IMG/VR virus record: IMGVR_UViG_3300046458_000091
Coordinates: 1-64,000 of that record
DNA from: a virus
Direction: 5' to 3' (one strand)
DNA length: 64,000 nt
In this document: piece by piece, positions 1-9,259 of the stretch
How positions within the stretch are numbered: position 1 is the stretch's first letter
Layout: each line of letters begins with the position of its first letter
Position numbers and translations under genes: made by a program
Notes under the pieces: model-generated
Seen by the model: only the letters and a program-made list of their open reading frames with translations
What the model was told of the DNA's origin: nothing
The model's database searches: none

Positions 1-42
1 AAAGCGCAGAAAATTAGCTAGTGGCGCTGCTTTTTTGACAAC

Positions 43-339
43 TTACGGTAGTTCTTGGTCCCGCTCTGCGAACAGATTTATCACACGGGCCTTTAATTTA
101 TCGGCCATACAGGGATTCAGCGCGTTTTCGCGCTCCAGCCAGCGGCGCCGCGAGTGGATATCGCCCAGGGTCATCATGAACCGCGCGTAATACTCGACCT
201 TCAGGCCTAGACCCACATCGCAGTACCGCTTGCAGGGCGCCCAGCACTGGCGACAATTAATCAGATGGCTAACGTATACGCCGTGGGCGCTGGCCACCTC
301 TTCGGGGAGTGTGCCGGTCAAAACTCTTCGCGCCTCCAC
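43..339 (-). CDS. hypothetical Cys-rich phage protein
   Basis: HxxxCxxC...C motif; overlaps the end of the upstream co-oriented gene. Confidence 0.6.
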   Translation of the reverse strand: MEARRVLTGTLPEEVASAHGVYVSHLINCRQCWAPCKRYCDVGLGLKVEYYARFMMTLGDIHSRRRWLERENALNPCMADKLKARVINLFAERDQELP

Positions 340-833
340 TCATAGCCGTCACCAGCCTTTGGCCCCTTCTGCACCGCAATGAACTTGAAGATCGGGTACA
401 GCTCGGCCGCTACCTTGATCTTGACGCGGGCGTCATCCTCCCACCGGCCTTTCACCTCATGCGCCTCAAGCTCACAGCTGGCGGACATTACGAAGAAATC
501 TACGGTGTAGAAGGTCTTGTCAGCCAACCTCAGCTTGATGCCTTCGAACTTGAACCACAGCACGTCCCCGGCACGCTTGAGCTGCTCCAGGTGCGCCGCA
601 TAGGCCTCTTCGGTCTTGTTCATCACACCGGCAGGCAGGCGCCCCAGGGCCTGCATTTTCTGCTTTGCCGTGGGAGCGGGCTTTGCCGGTGTAGGCGCCA
701 CAACGGGCGGCAGGGCAAAGGCTGCTTGCGTGCCCGCCCCTTTCTTTGGCGCAGCGGCACCCGCCAGCGCCCTGCTGGTCATAGCCGGGGGAAGGCTGCG
801 CAACTGCTCTTCGGACATCCAACGTTTAGTCAT
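318..833 (-). CDS. DUF1064-family PD-(D/E)XK endonuclease
   Basis: MNKTEEAYAAHL...FEGIKLRL..TFYTVDFFV...HEVKG signature; start trimmed to MTKRW. Confidence 0.8.
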   Translation of the reverse strand: MTKRWMSEEQLRSLPPAMTSRALAGAAAPKKGAGTQAAFALPPVVAPTPAKPAPTAKQKMQALGRLPAGVMNKTEEAYAAHLEQLKRAGDVLWFKFEGIKLRLADKTFYTVDFFVMSASCELEAHEVKGRWEDDARVKIKVAAELYPIFKFIAVQKGPKAGDGYEWRREEF

Positions 834-849
834 GCCCGTATTTTCCCCA

Positions 850-874
850 CAAAAAAGGCGCCTCACTGGGCGCC
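850..874 (-). terminator. rho-independent terminator
   Basis: GGCGCC-CAGTGA-GGCGCC hairpin followed by a T-run on the minus strand. Confidence 0.7.
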
Positions 875-896
875 CTTTGCATGCGTTGCGGGGGTT

Positions 897-1388
897 CTAT
901 TCGGCCGGTGGCTTCTGATCCACGGGCGCCCACGTCAATTTCTCTTCAGTGAGCAGTGCCGCAGCCTGTCGCGCGCCGCGCTCAGTGCGGTAAATGCGGG
1001 GCAGCCCGTCAAAACGCTTGAACCCGCTCCGATCAGATTCGCAGTCCAGCATGAATATTGAAAACCTCGGATCGGTGTCCTTGTCTATCCAAAGCCCAAA
1101 GCCCTTGACCGTCTTGGCTTCCAGGATGGCCACCATGGTACTGGCCTGGACAGTGCTCACTGGGGCTGGCAGCTGGGCCATGGCACGCTGGACCGCAGAC
1201 CGGCGATAGATCGTCTGATTCGCTTTCCCGGCCTTGTCGAGGATTGAGCGGATACCGTCCCGCGCAAGCCTTAGCTCAGGTAAATCAGCACTGGCACGCT
1301 CCAGGGCTGTGTACAGATGATCATCAGCGTGGCCCAGGGCTTCCAGATCGGCCTGGCTCAGGTATACAGATACGCCTTTCTGGCTCAT
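897..1388 (-). CDS. hypothetical protein
   Basis: ATG with RBS-like AGAAAGGAA; co-oriented gene run. Confidence 0.75.
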   Translation of the reverse strand: MSQKGVSVYLSQADLEALGHADDHLYTALERASADLPELRLARDGIRSILDKAGKANQTIYRRSAVQRAMAQLPAPVSTVQASTMVAILEAKTVKGFGLWIDKDTDPRFSIFMLDCESDRSGFKRFDGLPRIYRTERGARQAAALLTEEKLTWAPVDQKPPAE

Positions 1389-1406
1389 GACTGCCGGGTT
1401 CCTTTC

Positions 1407-1946
1407 TTATTCGTCTGAATCTGCGGGCTTAGGTATGTGCTTCGCGTGCTTAGGCGGAATACCCAATAGGATGCGCTGGGCTTTGACGGCATGAGGCTTC
1501 TTGTCGATCACCCTGGCGACCTGTGTGTCTGACATCAGACCTAACAGTACTTCCTGCCAAGGAAGCCATGCCGATGAACGCTTGATGCTCATATAGGGCG
1601 CTATGCCTAGATGCTCGCGAGCCCTACGAACAGTCTGCGCGGCTGCTCCTACCATCCTTGCGAACTTGGCGTCGGGGATCTTCCCCAGTAGCGCCAACTG
1701 ATCAGCATCCCAATCACCCGGCACAATCGGCGCCTGGAATGGCGGTATGCCATGAAACTCACGCTTTCTACTCACTGTCCCGACGCTACAGCCCGCGATT
1801 TTCGCAACCTCAGCATCTGGCAACTTGCCAAGCGCCGCCATTGCTTCCTTGCTCCAGTAGAGCCTGCTCTGTCCCGGGGGAGTAAGGTTTATCAATCGCT
1901 CACGTTTGTGCACAGAGACGCCTTTGGCTTTGTTGATCGTGGTCAT
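1407..1946 (-). CDS. protein with three tandem HTH-like repeats
   Basis: W..E..ALG(K/L).(P/S)D...A......V...R...GI.P occurs three times. Confidence 0.75.
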   Translation of the reverse strand: MTTINKAKGVSVHKRERLINLTPPGQSRLYWSKEAMAALGKLPDAEVAKIAGCSVGTVSRKREFHGIPPFQAPIVPGDWDADQLALLGKIPDAKFARMVGAAAQTVRRAREHLGIAPYMSIKRSSAWLPWQEVLLGLMSDTQVARVIDKKPHAVKAQRILLGIPPKHAKHIPKPADSDE

Positions 1947-1948
1947 AG

Positions 1949-2161
1949 TTACCGGCCGCCGCCGCTTATGCGCCCGATGAAATTGCTAGAGCTGAACGCT
2001 TCGTCGGGGCGGCGCTCCACATCCTCAGGCCAGTCATACAGCGCCAGGCAACCATCTTCAGCGAAAAGCGTAACGTCTGGGTGATCCACTTCTAACTCAT
2101 CCAGCAAGGCCGCCATGTCCTTGCACAGCTTGTTGAAGCGTTTCGATTGCGCGGGCGTCAT
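1949..2161 (-). CDS. hypothetical protein (MTPAQSKRF...)
   Basis: ATG overlaps the upstream stop, with an AAGGA RBS. Confidence 0.65.
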   Translation of the reverse strand: MTPAQSKRFNKLCKDMAALLDELEVDHPDVTLFAEDGCLALYDWPEDVERRPDEAFSSSNFIGRISGGGR

Positions 2162-2421
2162 TGCGGGGTTTCCTTGTCGTCTTGGGCGGCCTGGGCACGT
2201 TGCGCCATCTTTTGCAGCATGTAGCCAATGGCCTTTTCCAGCGCCACCAGCGCCCAGTCCGGGCACGGGTTGGAACTGGGACGGGCCGGGTCATTGATCC
2301 AGGAGCGCACTGTGCGCTCCGAACACGGGCGCTCGGTCCAGGCGCTGATCAGCACCGCGCTCTCACGCTGCTTGATGTTGTGGACTTTCAGCAGGTGCCG
2401 AAAGCGCTCGCGATTGTCCAT
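2158..2421 (-). CDS. small XRE-like HTH regulator
   Basis: IKQRESAVLI...SERTVRSW helix-turn-helix pattern; palindromic operators directly upstream. Confidence 0.7.
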   Translation of the reverse strand: MDNRERFRHLLKVHNIKQRESAVLISAWTERPCSERTVRSWINDPARPSSNPCPDWALVALEKAIGYMLQKMAQRAQAAQDDKETPQ

Positions 2422-2441
2422 CTTGATGGGTCCGTTCAAGT

Positions 2442-2488
2442 AATAGGCATAAGTGCCTATGCAAGAGAATAGGCAGTTATGCCTATTA
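2442..2488. promoter_or_regulatory. tandem palindromic operators ATAGGCA-N4-TGCCTAT (x2)
   Basis: Two adjacent perfect inverted repeats in an AT-rich gap upstream of the HTH gene. Confidence 0.75.
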
Positions 2489-2497
2489 CCTCAAGCG

Positions 2498-2902
2498 CTA
2501 TCGGGCGATATCGCTCTCTACCTGATTAAGCTGCCCGCTCAGGACCTCCAGCCAGTCTATCGCCGCGTCGTAGTGGCGTTGCAGGTCGCCAGGTGGCTGC
2601 GCAGCCCTCCACGCCCGCAGCGTGTCTGTGACCTGATCCAGATAGCGCGGATCAGGCGTGACCAGCGCAGGACCCGCCTCGACCGGCAAGATACTGCGCA
2701 TTGCTCCAGGGCGATGCGTTATCAGCCCCTTGCGCAGCAATGCCTTGAGCCGGTCGGCTACGGCGTTCGGTCGCACGCCTGCCATGCTGGCCAGCTCGGC
2801 TACTGAGGGGCTGTAACCGTTCTGGCTGACGAACTGCCGGATATGGGCCAGGGTGATGCTCTGGGTGGGCGTTGCGCCCCTGCTGCCACTCATACGCGGC
2901 AC
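2498..2902 (-). CDS. LexA-type winged-helix DNA-binding protein (no peptidase domain)
   Basis: TPTQ..LAHIRQFVSQNGYSPSVAELA..GV..NAV..LKAL.RKG.I....MRSI. Confidence 0.85.
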   Translation of the reverse strand: MPRMSGSRGATPTQSITLAHIRQFVSQNGYSPSVAELASMAGVRPNAVADRLKALLRKGLITHRPGAMRSILPVEAGPALVTPDPRYLDQVTDTLRAWRAAQPPGDLQRHYDAAIDWLEVLSGQLNQVESDIAR

Positions 2903-3381
2903 CCTGATGCATTCTTGACCTTAACCAGCTCCAGGGCATGCCGGATCATGTCGGCGCCGGTAGGCCTGCCGAAACGCTTGCGTACGGTCAATTTGGGCCT
3001 TTCACCCTGCGGCGCGGCCTCCCCATCACCACAGGAGTAGTTGGCGAACATCCAGTATGAATCTGCTTTCATCCAGTCCATTGTCTCTGGCGCCGTCCAA
3101 TACATCATGTCCCTGTACGCCTGATAGACGGTGAAATGGTCCTCACCCTCCCCAAAGTAGTCCAGGCCACCGCCGATGCTTGGGACGTGGTTTACACGCA
3201 CCTTAGCTTCGTAGTATCGCCGGACCTCGCCAGCGGTTGGTGGCGGCTTGTCGTCACCCCGCCACAAGCTGACGTACCGTTCGAATTCGTTGTCGATCCA
3301 GATACGGCCGATAACACGCGGCTGACCGACCAGGATGGCGGCCAGGCGCTTGCTCAGCTTCTTTTCAATCCGTGGCTTCAC
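2890..3381 (-). CDS. hypothetical protein
   Basis: Coupled ORF in an operon. Confidence 0.7.
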   Translation of the reverse strand: MKPRIEKKLSKRLAAILVGQPRVIGRIWIDNEFERYVSLWRGDDKPPPTAGEVRRYYEAKVRVNHVPSIGGGLDYFGEGEDHFTVYQAYRDMMYWTAPETMDWMKADSYWMFANYSCGDGEAAPQGERPKLTVRKRFGRPTGADMIRHALELVKVKNASGCRV

Positions 3382-3770
3382 TCCGGCGCAACCTGCCCGA
3401 GTGCCGCCAGCTGCGCAACCAACTGAGCCTTGAGGGCCGCCACGGCATCCAGCTGGAGCGCCAATTCGTCGTTATCGTCCAGGTACTTGCGCAGCGCCTG
3501 GATGATCACGCCGTTCATGCTGCGGTCATCCTCGCCGCCACGGCGCGCCACCTCAGCACGCATGCCATCAGGAAGCCGGACAACGAACTTATCCGCGTCC
3601 CGGGAACCCCTCATGTACATAGGCTGGCGCCCCTCTTTGACCGGCATGGCCACCACAGGCGGCGCGGACGTCTCGAAAGTTACCGGCTCCACCTCTTGGC
3701 TGAGGGGTGGCAGGCTGATCATGCGGCGCTCTGCGGCGCGGGTAAGGGCTTCGGCGGCTACTTGGTTCAT
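3378..3770 (-). CDS. Arc/AmrZ-family ribbon-helix-helix protein
   Basis: SRDADKFVVRLPDGMR...RSMN..II.AL, close to Pseudomonas AmrZ; start trimmed to MNQVA. Confidence 0.9.
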   Translation of the reverse strand: MNQVAAEALTRAAERRMISLPPLSQEVEPVTFETSAPPVVAMPVKEGRQPMYMRGSRDADKFVVRLPDGMRAEVARRGGEDDRSMNGVIIQALRKYLDDNDELALQLDAVAALKAQLVAQLAALGQVAPE

Positions 3771-4051
3771 GGCTTTACTACCTTGAGGCTTGGTTTCTGT
3801 GGATTGGTAGGGGATACGGGCAGGTCTTTGGCTATGTCGGTGCAAGCGTGGGCCACGGTCAACAGCACCGCATTCGTCAGGGATGGCCCTACATCGCCAA
3901 TCATTGCGCCAGCTGCTGAAGTGATGAATCCCGCCCACAGCTGGCCCTTGGCGTCGTTGTCGAATATGAAATTGTCTGCGGCGACCTGCTGGAACGTCTG
4001 GGCGAGCAGCGCCCACATGTCTTGTCCAAGTTGAACGTTGGGGTTGTTCAT
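3767..4051 (-). CDS. hypothetical protein (MNNPNVQLG...)
   Basis: Stop overlaps the next ATG; start trimmed. Confidence 0.6.
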   Translation of the reverse strand: MNNPNVQLGQDMWALLAQTFQQVAADNFIFDNDAKGQLWAGFITSAAGAMIGDVGPSLTNAVLLTVAHACTDIAKDLPVSPTNPQKPSLKVVKP

Positions 4052-4103
4052 GCCTTGAAATATCCTTCTCGGGGATCTGCGGCCTTCGGAGCACTCATGC
4101 TGT

Positions 4104-5036
4104 TCATTCGCATAGTCCGTAGATCGATGTGCACATGGGGGAATCTTGCTGCCGCAGAAAGTCGAACTGGTGGCCACCACGGGCGGTCTGGCTCCACTCC
4201 ACCAGTTCGTCGATACCGTGGCCACGCTCATCGCTGGTGAAGAACGTCCCGCTGGCCCGCTTGCTGGCCTTGCTGACGATGGCTTCCCATTGGCGGATCT
4301 TGTCTATCTGGTCTGGGAAGCGCTGGGCAATTTCCAGCAGCTCATCTTTTCGGCAGTTTATGCACGGCATACACCCCACCCGGCCCATGCCCTGGGCATA
4401 AAGCGGGTTGGGCCTGATCCCGTGCTTGCGGTGCATCGCGAATACCTGCTCCACATCCCATTGGAGGATCGGGCGGTAGTTCCAAAGCTCTGCGCCGCTG
4501 GGGTTAGTGCTTTTGTGCTCGCGCATGGTCAATAGCGCGCGACGTGACGATTCATCGGCCCGCACGCCCTGCCAGCTCACAACATCCGCGCCGGTATCAA
4601 GCAATGGGTCTTGGACTTGCGCGGTGATGGGGAGACGCTTCAGTTCTTCAGAGCAGAATGCAGCCTGTGAACTGGGGAATCGGCCTTTCCATACGCACAA
4701 ATCCAAAAATGGGTTGCCGGTCGGCTGTAGCACCTCAAGAGCGTCAGCAATGATCGACTCAGAGACGCCTGCTGCACGCCACTTCTGATTGACGAATGCG
4801 CGCTTGCCTGCAATCCGGCCGGTGAAGTCGGCCTTTACCCGGCGTATCGAAACGCCAAGGGCCTGCTCCAGGTAGTCCAGGTATTCATAGGTCTGCGGGT
4901 GCTCGTTGCCGGTGTCGGCGAAAACGGCCTGCATATTCTCTGCATGCAGCTCAAGCGCCAGCAACAGAAGCGCCGTCGAGTCCTTCCCGCCGCTGACGCT
5001 GATAATGTTGTGCTCAATCACTTCTGGCGCCCCCAA
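4104..5036 (-). CDS. phosphoadenosine-phosphosulfate-reductase-family (PP-loop) protein
   Basis: SVSGGKDS, FADTGNEH, CSEELK, GVRADES, PI..W, RVGCMPC. Confidence 0.9.
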   Translation of the reverse strand: MGAPEVIEHNIISVSGGKDSTALLLLALELHAENMQAVFADTGNEHPQTYEYLDYLEQALGVSIRRVKADFTGRIAGKRAFVNQKWRAAGVSESIIADALEVLQPTGNPFLDLCVWKGRFPSSQAAFCSEELKRLPITAQVQDPLLDTGADVVSWQGVRADESSRRALLTMREHKSTNPSGAELWNYRPILQWDVEQVFAMHRKHGIRPNPLYAQGMGRVGCMPCINCRKDELLEIAQRFPDQIDKIRQWEAIVSKASKRASGTFFTSDERGHGIDELVEWSQTARGGHQFDFLRQQDSPMCTSIYGLCE

Positions 5037-5440
5037 CGGTCGGCCAGGCGATTGCCGTGGTGTTTCCCCTTGCCAAGGCGTTGCCGGGCGTCATCCTCCA
5101 CAAGCTCAAGGACAGGCAGGGGCTCAGCCATCTGCTTGTAATTGGTGCGCCCGGTGATCTGAAGGAAGCCGCGCGCAGCCATGAATTCCCCCAGTCGGCG
5201 GCGAATCTCAAAGCCACGTTGTTCAGCATCGATCATGGCCATGAACTGTAATAAGCCTTCGCTATCGAAACTCTCCACCGTGAATGTGGCAGTTATCTCG
5301 CCGATACAACCGGCGCAATCGACTGTTTCAACATCGGCAAGCAGGCAGCCGGTGGAGGCTGCTGGCCATGGGAACTGATCGATCTGCATTGTCACGTCGC
5401 CGATGGTCAAGGTGGCGTTGGTGGCAGTTAATCTGGTCAC
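5018..5440 (-). CDS. hypothetical protein
   Basis: Overlapping operon gene. Confidence 0.6.
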   Translation of the reverse strand: MTRLTATNATLTIGDVTMQIDQFPWPAASTGCLLADVETVDCAGCIGEITATFTVESFDSEGLLQFMAMIDAEQRGFEIRRRLGEFMAARGFLQITGRTNYKQMAEPLPVLELVEDDARQRLGKGKHHGNRLADRWGRQK

Positions 5441-6135
5441 TGCGCCACCGCCTGGGCCTGGGCCTTCTGTTCCATGATCATGCGGGCGGCGTGCCGAACG
5501 CGGTAAAGACGGCGCCAGACACTATCGGTAGGCTTGCGCAGGCTCCATTCCCAGGTATCGCCGATGTCCAGCAGTTCCTCATGATCAGTTAGCCATTCAT
5601 GGGCTCTGCTGGGGTCGCTTTCGTCTTCGAACTCCCAAGCCTCATGCAGCGCCACCGCCAGGGCGGACAGCTCCGGGTCCTCAGACTGGGCGATCTGGTC
5701 CAGCAGCCAGCTGTTCAGGTCGGCGCCACGCCCACGGATCTGCGGATAGTTGCCCCGCATCCACTCCGGTGCAGATGCGTGCTTGCTGGCCACCAGTTCG
5801 CAAATGGCCTCTTCGACGTGTCCGATGAAGTTGGGCCGGTTGAAATCGGTCTGCTTGCTGGTCGCCTCAAGCTTTGAGTAGATGTAGTCCGGGTCATTAC
5901 CAGCCAAAAACTTGATGCCGTAACTTGCGCCAACGCCGAACGCCAGAGAGCCGATATCGCCGAACACAGCAATACCGAACCGCGTAACGCAGATATCAAA
6001 CGCCAAGTGAATGCTTCCGGGCTCTTGACAGCGCCACACCTCAACGCCGTTGGTATTGACCAATTCGGTATAGGCGTGATTCTTCAGACATTCGGCGGTG
6101 TCGGTGACCAGCTTGCTCTGTTCTTCTCGGTTCAC
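5437..6135 (-). CDS. conserved phage hypothetical protein
   Basis: Long coupled ORF with FGDIG..F and DY..SKL. Confidence 0.75.
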   Translation of the reverse strand: MNREEQSKLVTDTAECLKNHAYTELVNTNGVEVWRCQEPGSIHLAFDICVTRFGIAVFGDIGSLAFGVGASYGIKFLAGNDPDYIYSKLEATSKQTDFNRPNFIGHVEEAICELVASKHASAPEWMRGNYPQIRGRGADLNSWLLDQIAQSEDPELSALAVALHEAWEFEDESDPSRAHEWLTDHEELLDIGDTWEWSLRKPTDSVWRRLYRVRHAARMIMEQKAQAQAVAQ

Positions 6136-6869
6136 TTCGGGGCTTCCTGTTCCGCCTTGGGGCGCTTCTCTTTGATACCAGCACCATCCACAGGGGCCGC
6201 CGTTGTACCGGCGAACTCATGCATGCCACCGCTCATGTACTCGTTGCCCGTTTCGAAGGGCTCCACCAGGTGCCACGTCCAGCGGCCTTTTAGGTCACAG
6301 GTCAGCCAGACCGCCCAGGCCGGGGCGTTCTGCCATACCGGGCGGGGCTTGACCTTGGATCTTGGCTTTGGCGGGATGTCTGAAGTCTTGCGCGGCGGCT
6401 TACGCGGCAACAGCTTCTGTACCACCGGCAGCCCCTTTGACAGGGCGTCGGCGCGCTCGCGCTCACGTAGGCCTTCCTCAAACTTGCGGGACACCCTGGC
6501 GCTGCCAAGGTTGTCCTCTGGGTAAATGCCTCGCTGGCAGTGCGGGCATGACGGCACGTCTCTGCGGCTGCGCCATACCTGTTCAACACGCTTGGCGGCC
6601 ACAAGGTGCAGAACCGTGTCGCGTTCTTCATTCACCGCCGCCAGCTTCCGGTTAAACGCCTTAGCGTGGTTTTCCCAGAAGTCTCTGAGCATGTTCAAGG
6701 CCCAGTAAGCGGACACCTGAACCTTGCAGTCACAGCAAATTACCGTCTCGCCTACCGTGTCGATTTCAAGGTTGCGGTGCTGGCAGCCTTCACGGGTTCT
6801 CTTGTAATCATTCTTGATGCGCGCAAGCCGCAGCTCACCTATCTCTACGACGTTATCTGTGTCCGTCAT
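6132..6869 (-). CDS. Cys-motif hypothetical protein
   Basis: CQH...CCDC and PSCPHC motifs; C-terminal W.NAP.WA.WL module. Confidence 0.75.
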   Translation of the reverse strand: MTDTDNVVEIGELRLARIKNDYKRTREGCQHRNLEIDTVGETVICCDCKVQVSAYWALNMLRDFWENHAKAFNRKLAAVNEERDTVLHLVAAKRVEQVWRSRRDVPSCPHCQRGIYPEDNLGSARVSRKFEEGLRERERADALSKGLPVVQKLLPRKPPRKTSDIPPKPRSKVKPRPVWQNAPAWAVWLTCDLKGRWTWHLVEPFETGNEYMSGGMHEFAGTTAAPVDGAGIKEKRPKAEQEAPK

Positions 6870-6964
6870 TCACACGTACCTGGATGCGTTTCTAGCTGGG
6901 GCCGACTCTACCACCCCCACACTTGCTGCAACATCGTTTTAATATATATGCGCCGATCATAAGG

Positions 6965-6990
6965 CAAAAAAAACCCGCCGTATAGGCGGG
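6965..6990 (-). terminator. rho-independent terminator
   Basis: CCCGCC-N4-GGCGGG hairpin with T8 on the minus strand. Confidence 0.75.
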
Positions 6991-6992
6991 AT

Positions 6993-7038
6993 TAGAGTTT
7001 TAACTCTTTAACTCCAAAACTCTTTAACTCTTTAGAGT
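6993..7038. repeat. AACTCtww octamer array (site 1 of 9)
   Basis: aactcttt aactccaa aactcttt aactcttt flanked by inverted GAGT units. Confidence 0.85.
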
Positions 7039-7374
7039 CATCCCCTTGATGGGCTCCGCGTCCCGTGTACGCGGGCGCCCCACCATGCAGGGGACACTCT
7101 CGCAGTCCACCTGATCGCACGGGGCGTCACTGCCGCAGCAGCTGGGGCAGGACGGCACCGCCACCTGTTTAGGTTTGGCCACCAGCTCCTGAAACAGATT
7201 GTCGGGGTTCTTCTGGCAGTCACACTGCGCGACCGGGGCCCGGTGCAGCTGGCCACAGCCGACGCACTCATACAGCGTGATCGCCGTCCGGCCTAAAACG
7301 GCGTCAGGGAAAGCGCCGTGACTCCAGTACCAGGCCCGCCGATCTGCCTCGCTCAAGTCGTGGACTAGGGTCAT
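7024..7374 (-). CDS. Cys-rich hypothetical protein
   Basis: Several CxxC/CxC motifs; ATG overlaps the upstream stop. Confidence 0.65.
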   Translation of the reverse strand: MTLVHDLSEADRRAWYWSHGAFPDAVLGRTAITLYECVGCGQLHRAPVAQCDCQKNPDNLFQELVAKPKQVAVPSCPSCCGSDAPCDQVDCESVPCMVGRPRTRDAEPIKGMTLKS

Positions 7375-7583
7375 TGCATACCTCTTAGCTTCATGATCAA
7401 CAGAAACACCGCCAGCGCCACCATGGGCAGCCCCATACAAAGGACGGCAGCCAGGTTGAAGCTATCCCGCTCTTTTTCCCTTTGCGGCATTTCCTCAAAG
7501 TACTGCGTGAGCCACGCGCGGCGCTCTTCGGGCGTGAGGTCATCCCGTGGAGTCCTCAGCGGTTCGCGCTTGAAATCAGTCAT
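7371..7583 (-). CDS. small membrane protein
   Basis: C-terminal hydrophobic helix. Confidence 0.65.
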   Translation of the reverse strand: MTDFKREPLRTPRDDLTPEERRAWLTQYFEEMPQREKERDSFNLAAVLCMGLPMVALAVFLLIMKLRGMQ

Positions 7584-7974
7584 GCTCCCGCCCTAGAAGC
7601 TCGACACCATCGCCGCCTTTGGGGACGCCATAGCCATCGACCAACGCCCGCTGTAACCGGGAAACCAAACCCTCTACGTCTGCCCGCTCCCACACAGCAA
7701 ACAGTTGACCCGGCTCGCGCATTCCGTCACGGCACTCAGTGTTGAAATGCAGGTTGATAGAGACGCCTTTTTCTTGGGCAGCCTCCAGCAGCGCATATGT
7801 CTCGCAGGAACCACTTGAATCAACCTCATCGGTAAGGCTGGCATAGTAGAAGTCGCGGGAGTGCTCGGATGACTCATGCTTGACCATCAGCACATCGAAA
7901 AACTGCGGCTGGTACTTCGCAAACACAGTTCCGGGCGGCATGGCCAGGAACGTGTCAAGGTCCACGATTCTCAC
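7576..7974 (-). CDS. conserved phage hypothetical protein
   Basis: MRIVDLDTFLAMPPGTVFAKY N-terminus; coupled ORF. Confidence 0.75.
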   Translation of the reverse strand: MRIVDLDTFLAMPPGTVFAKYQPQFFDVLMVKHESSEHSRDFYYASLTDEVDSSGSCETYALLEAAQEKGVSINLHFNTECRDGMREPGQLFAVWERADVEGLVSRLQRALVDGYGVPKGGDGVELLGREHD

Positions 7975-8183
7975 TCAGCGCCACCGGCCAGCTGCTTTTG
8001 GGCGGCTTCCAGTTCGGCAGTCAGGCGTGTGATTTCGGCCGCCGACTGCTCATGCAGGGTGATGTCGGTAGCCAATGGGCCGCCTACAACGCTGTCGTAC
8101 TTCTTGATGCGTGCCTGGAGCCGATCCAGCAATGGGCGGTCGTCCAAGGCATTGTTCTTGAGCTGTCTGATTGTATTAGGCAT
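7971..8183 (-). CDS. hypothetical protein
   Basis: GGAG RBS; AAEITRL coiled-coil tail. Confidence 0.65.
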   Translation of the reverse strand: MPNTIRQLKNNALDDRPLLDRLQARIKKYDSVVGGPLATDITLHEQSAAEITRLTAELEAAQKQLAGGAE

Positions 8184-8233
8184 TGCGGGGTCTCCCTGCC
8201 CGCAGTTATGCGGGCATGTTCAAAGTGTTCGTG

Positions 8234-9259
8234 TTATTGACCAGCGACAGGAGGCGGCGCGCCAGCGGGGTTGTACAGGTGCTCTTCACCGGCAGCCAGG
8301 CTGCGCATATCGCTCGCATATTCGTCGTGGTCGGTGGCGTTCTTCCTCGCGGTGCTCAACCGGTCAAGCTCCGCCTTTCCTGGCTGATCGATGCCATAGA
8401 CGGCCTTTTCCGCTTCCTCAGCCTCGGCCCTACAACGCTTTGCAATGGCGTCATGGTAGGCCGCAGCCCTGTGCAGCCCAGGAATCGCCGCAACGGCCTC
8501 AGGCTCGCGTCCGTACAGAGCGCAGGTGCGGGATGTGTTGTATCCATCGATCCAGGCCGGGCGTTGCTCAGGCGCGATACAGTCCGGCGCCTCAGTACAG
8601 AGCGGCGGGACGTATACCGGATCGATCTTGTCCAGGGCCTGGCGGAACTGCTCCACGTAATCCGCAGTAGACGCAGCGCCCCAGCTGTTCAGCAGGCATT
8701 GTGGCTCAGGCTCACAGCCTTCATCCTCGGGCTCATCGCTTGGATCACCCGGCACCATGAAGAATTCGTGCTCAATCGCCGTGAGGTAGTCAAAGAATCG
8801 TTGCATCGTCTTGATGTTGCCCAGGACCGTGCCAGGCGTGCGGGCAAGCTGACCAATACCCATGGCTGCATAGATGCGTTCAAGCGTCACGTACGCATCG
8901 CTGGGGGCTCCCAGGTACACCGGAACAGCTCGATACGCCCCGTCGTCCCGCAGGCCTTCATTCAGCGCCTTCACTTCAGCTGCAAGTGCCTCGGCAGACT
9001 CTGCAACACACTGTTCGCCAAGGTACGGTTTGTTGTCCTGGCCAACGATGGCAAACATGAGCGGCTCAGCGGGCGCCTGGGCAATCGCTGACTCGGCAAT
9101 CAGCCTGACTGAGTACACATATGTGCCATTGTCTGGGTTGACGCCAGCCGGGCCATACGGGCCTTCAGAGCTTGGTGCGTAGGTCGATGACACCAGCTTG
9201 CCGTTTTGGTCGGTCAAGTAATGCATCCAGTGTTCTGTGCGCATATCGAAGTTATTCAT
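8234..9259 (-). CDS. mosaic (Ead/Ea22-like) phage hypothetical protein
   Basis: 341-aa modular ORF in the early region. Confidence 0.7.
   Translation of the reverse strand: MNNFDMRTEHWMHYLTDQNGKLVSSTYAPSSEGPYGPAGVNPDNGTYVYSVRLIAESAIAQAPAEPLMFAIVGQDNKPYLGEQCVAESAEALAAEVKALNEGLRDDGAYRAVPVYLGAPSDAYVTLERIYAAMGIGQLARTPGTVLGNIKTMQRFFDYLTAIEHEFFMVPGDPSDEPEDEGCEPEPQCLLNSWGAASTADYVEQFRQALDKIDPVYVPPLCTEAPDCIAPEQRPAWIDGYNTSRTCALYGREPEAVAAIPGLHRAAAYHDAIAKRCRAEAEEAEKAVYGIDQPGKAELDRLSTARKNATDHDEYASDMRSLAAGEEHLYNPAGAPPPVAGQ

Noticed and set aside
4104-5036. dnd/ssp phosphorothioation operon
   Set aside because: No dndA/B/D/E or ssp partners in the window.
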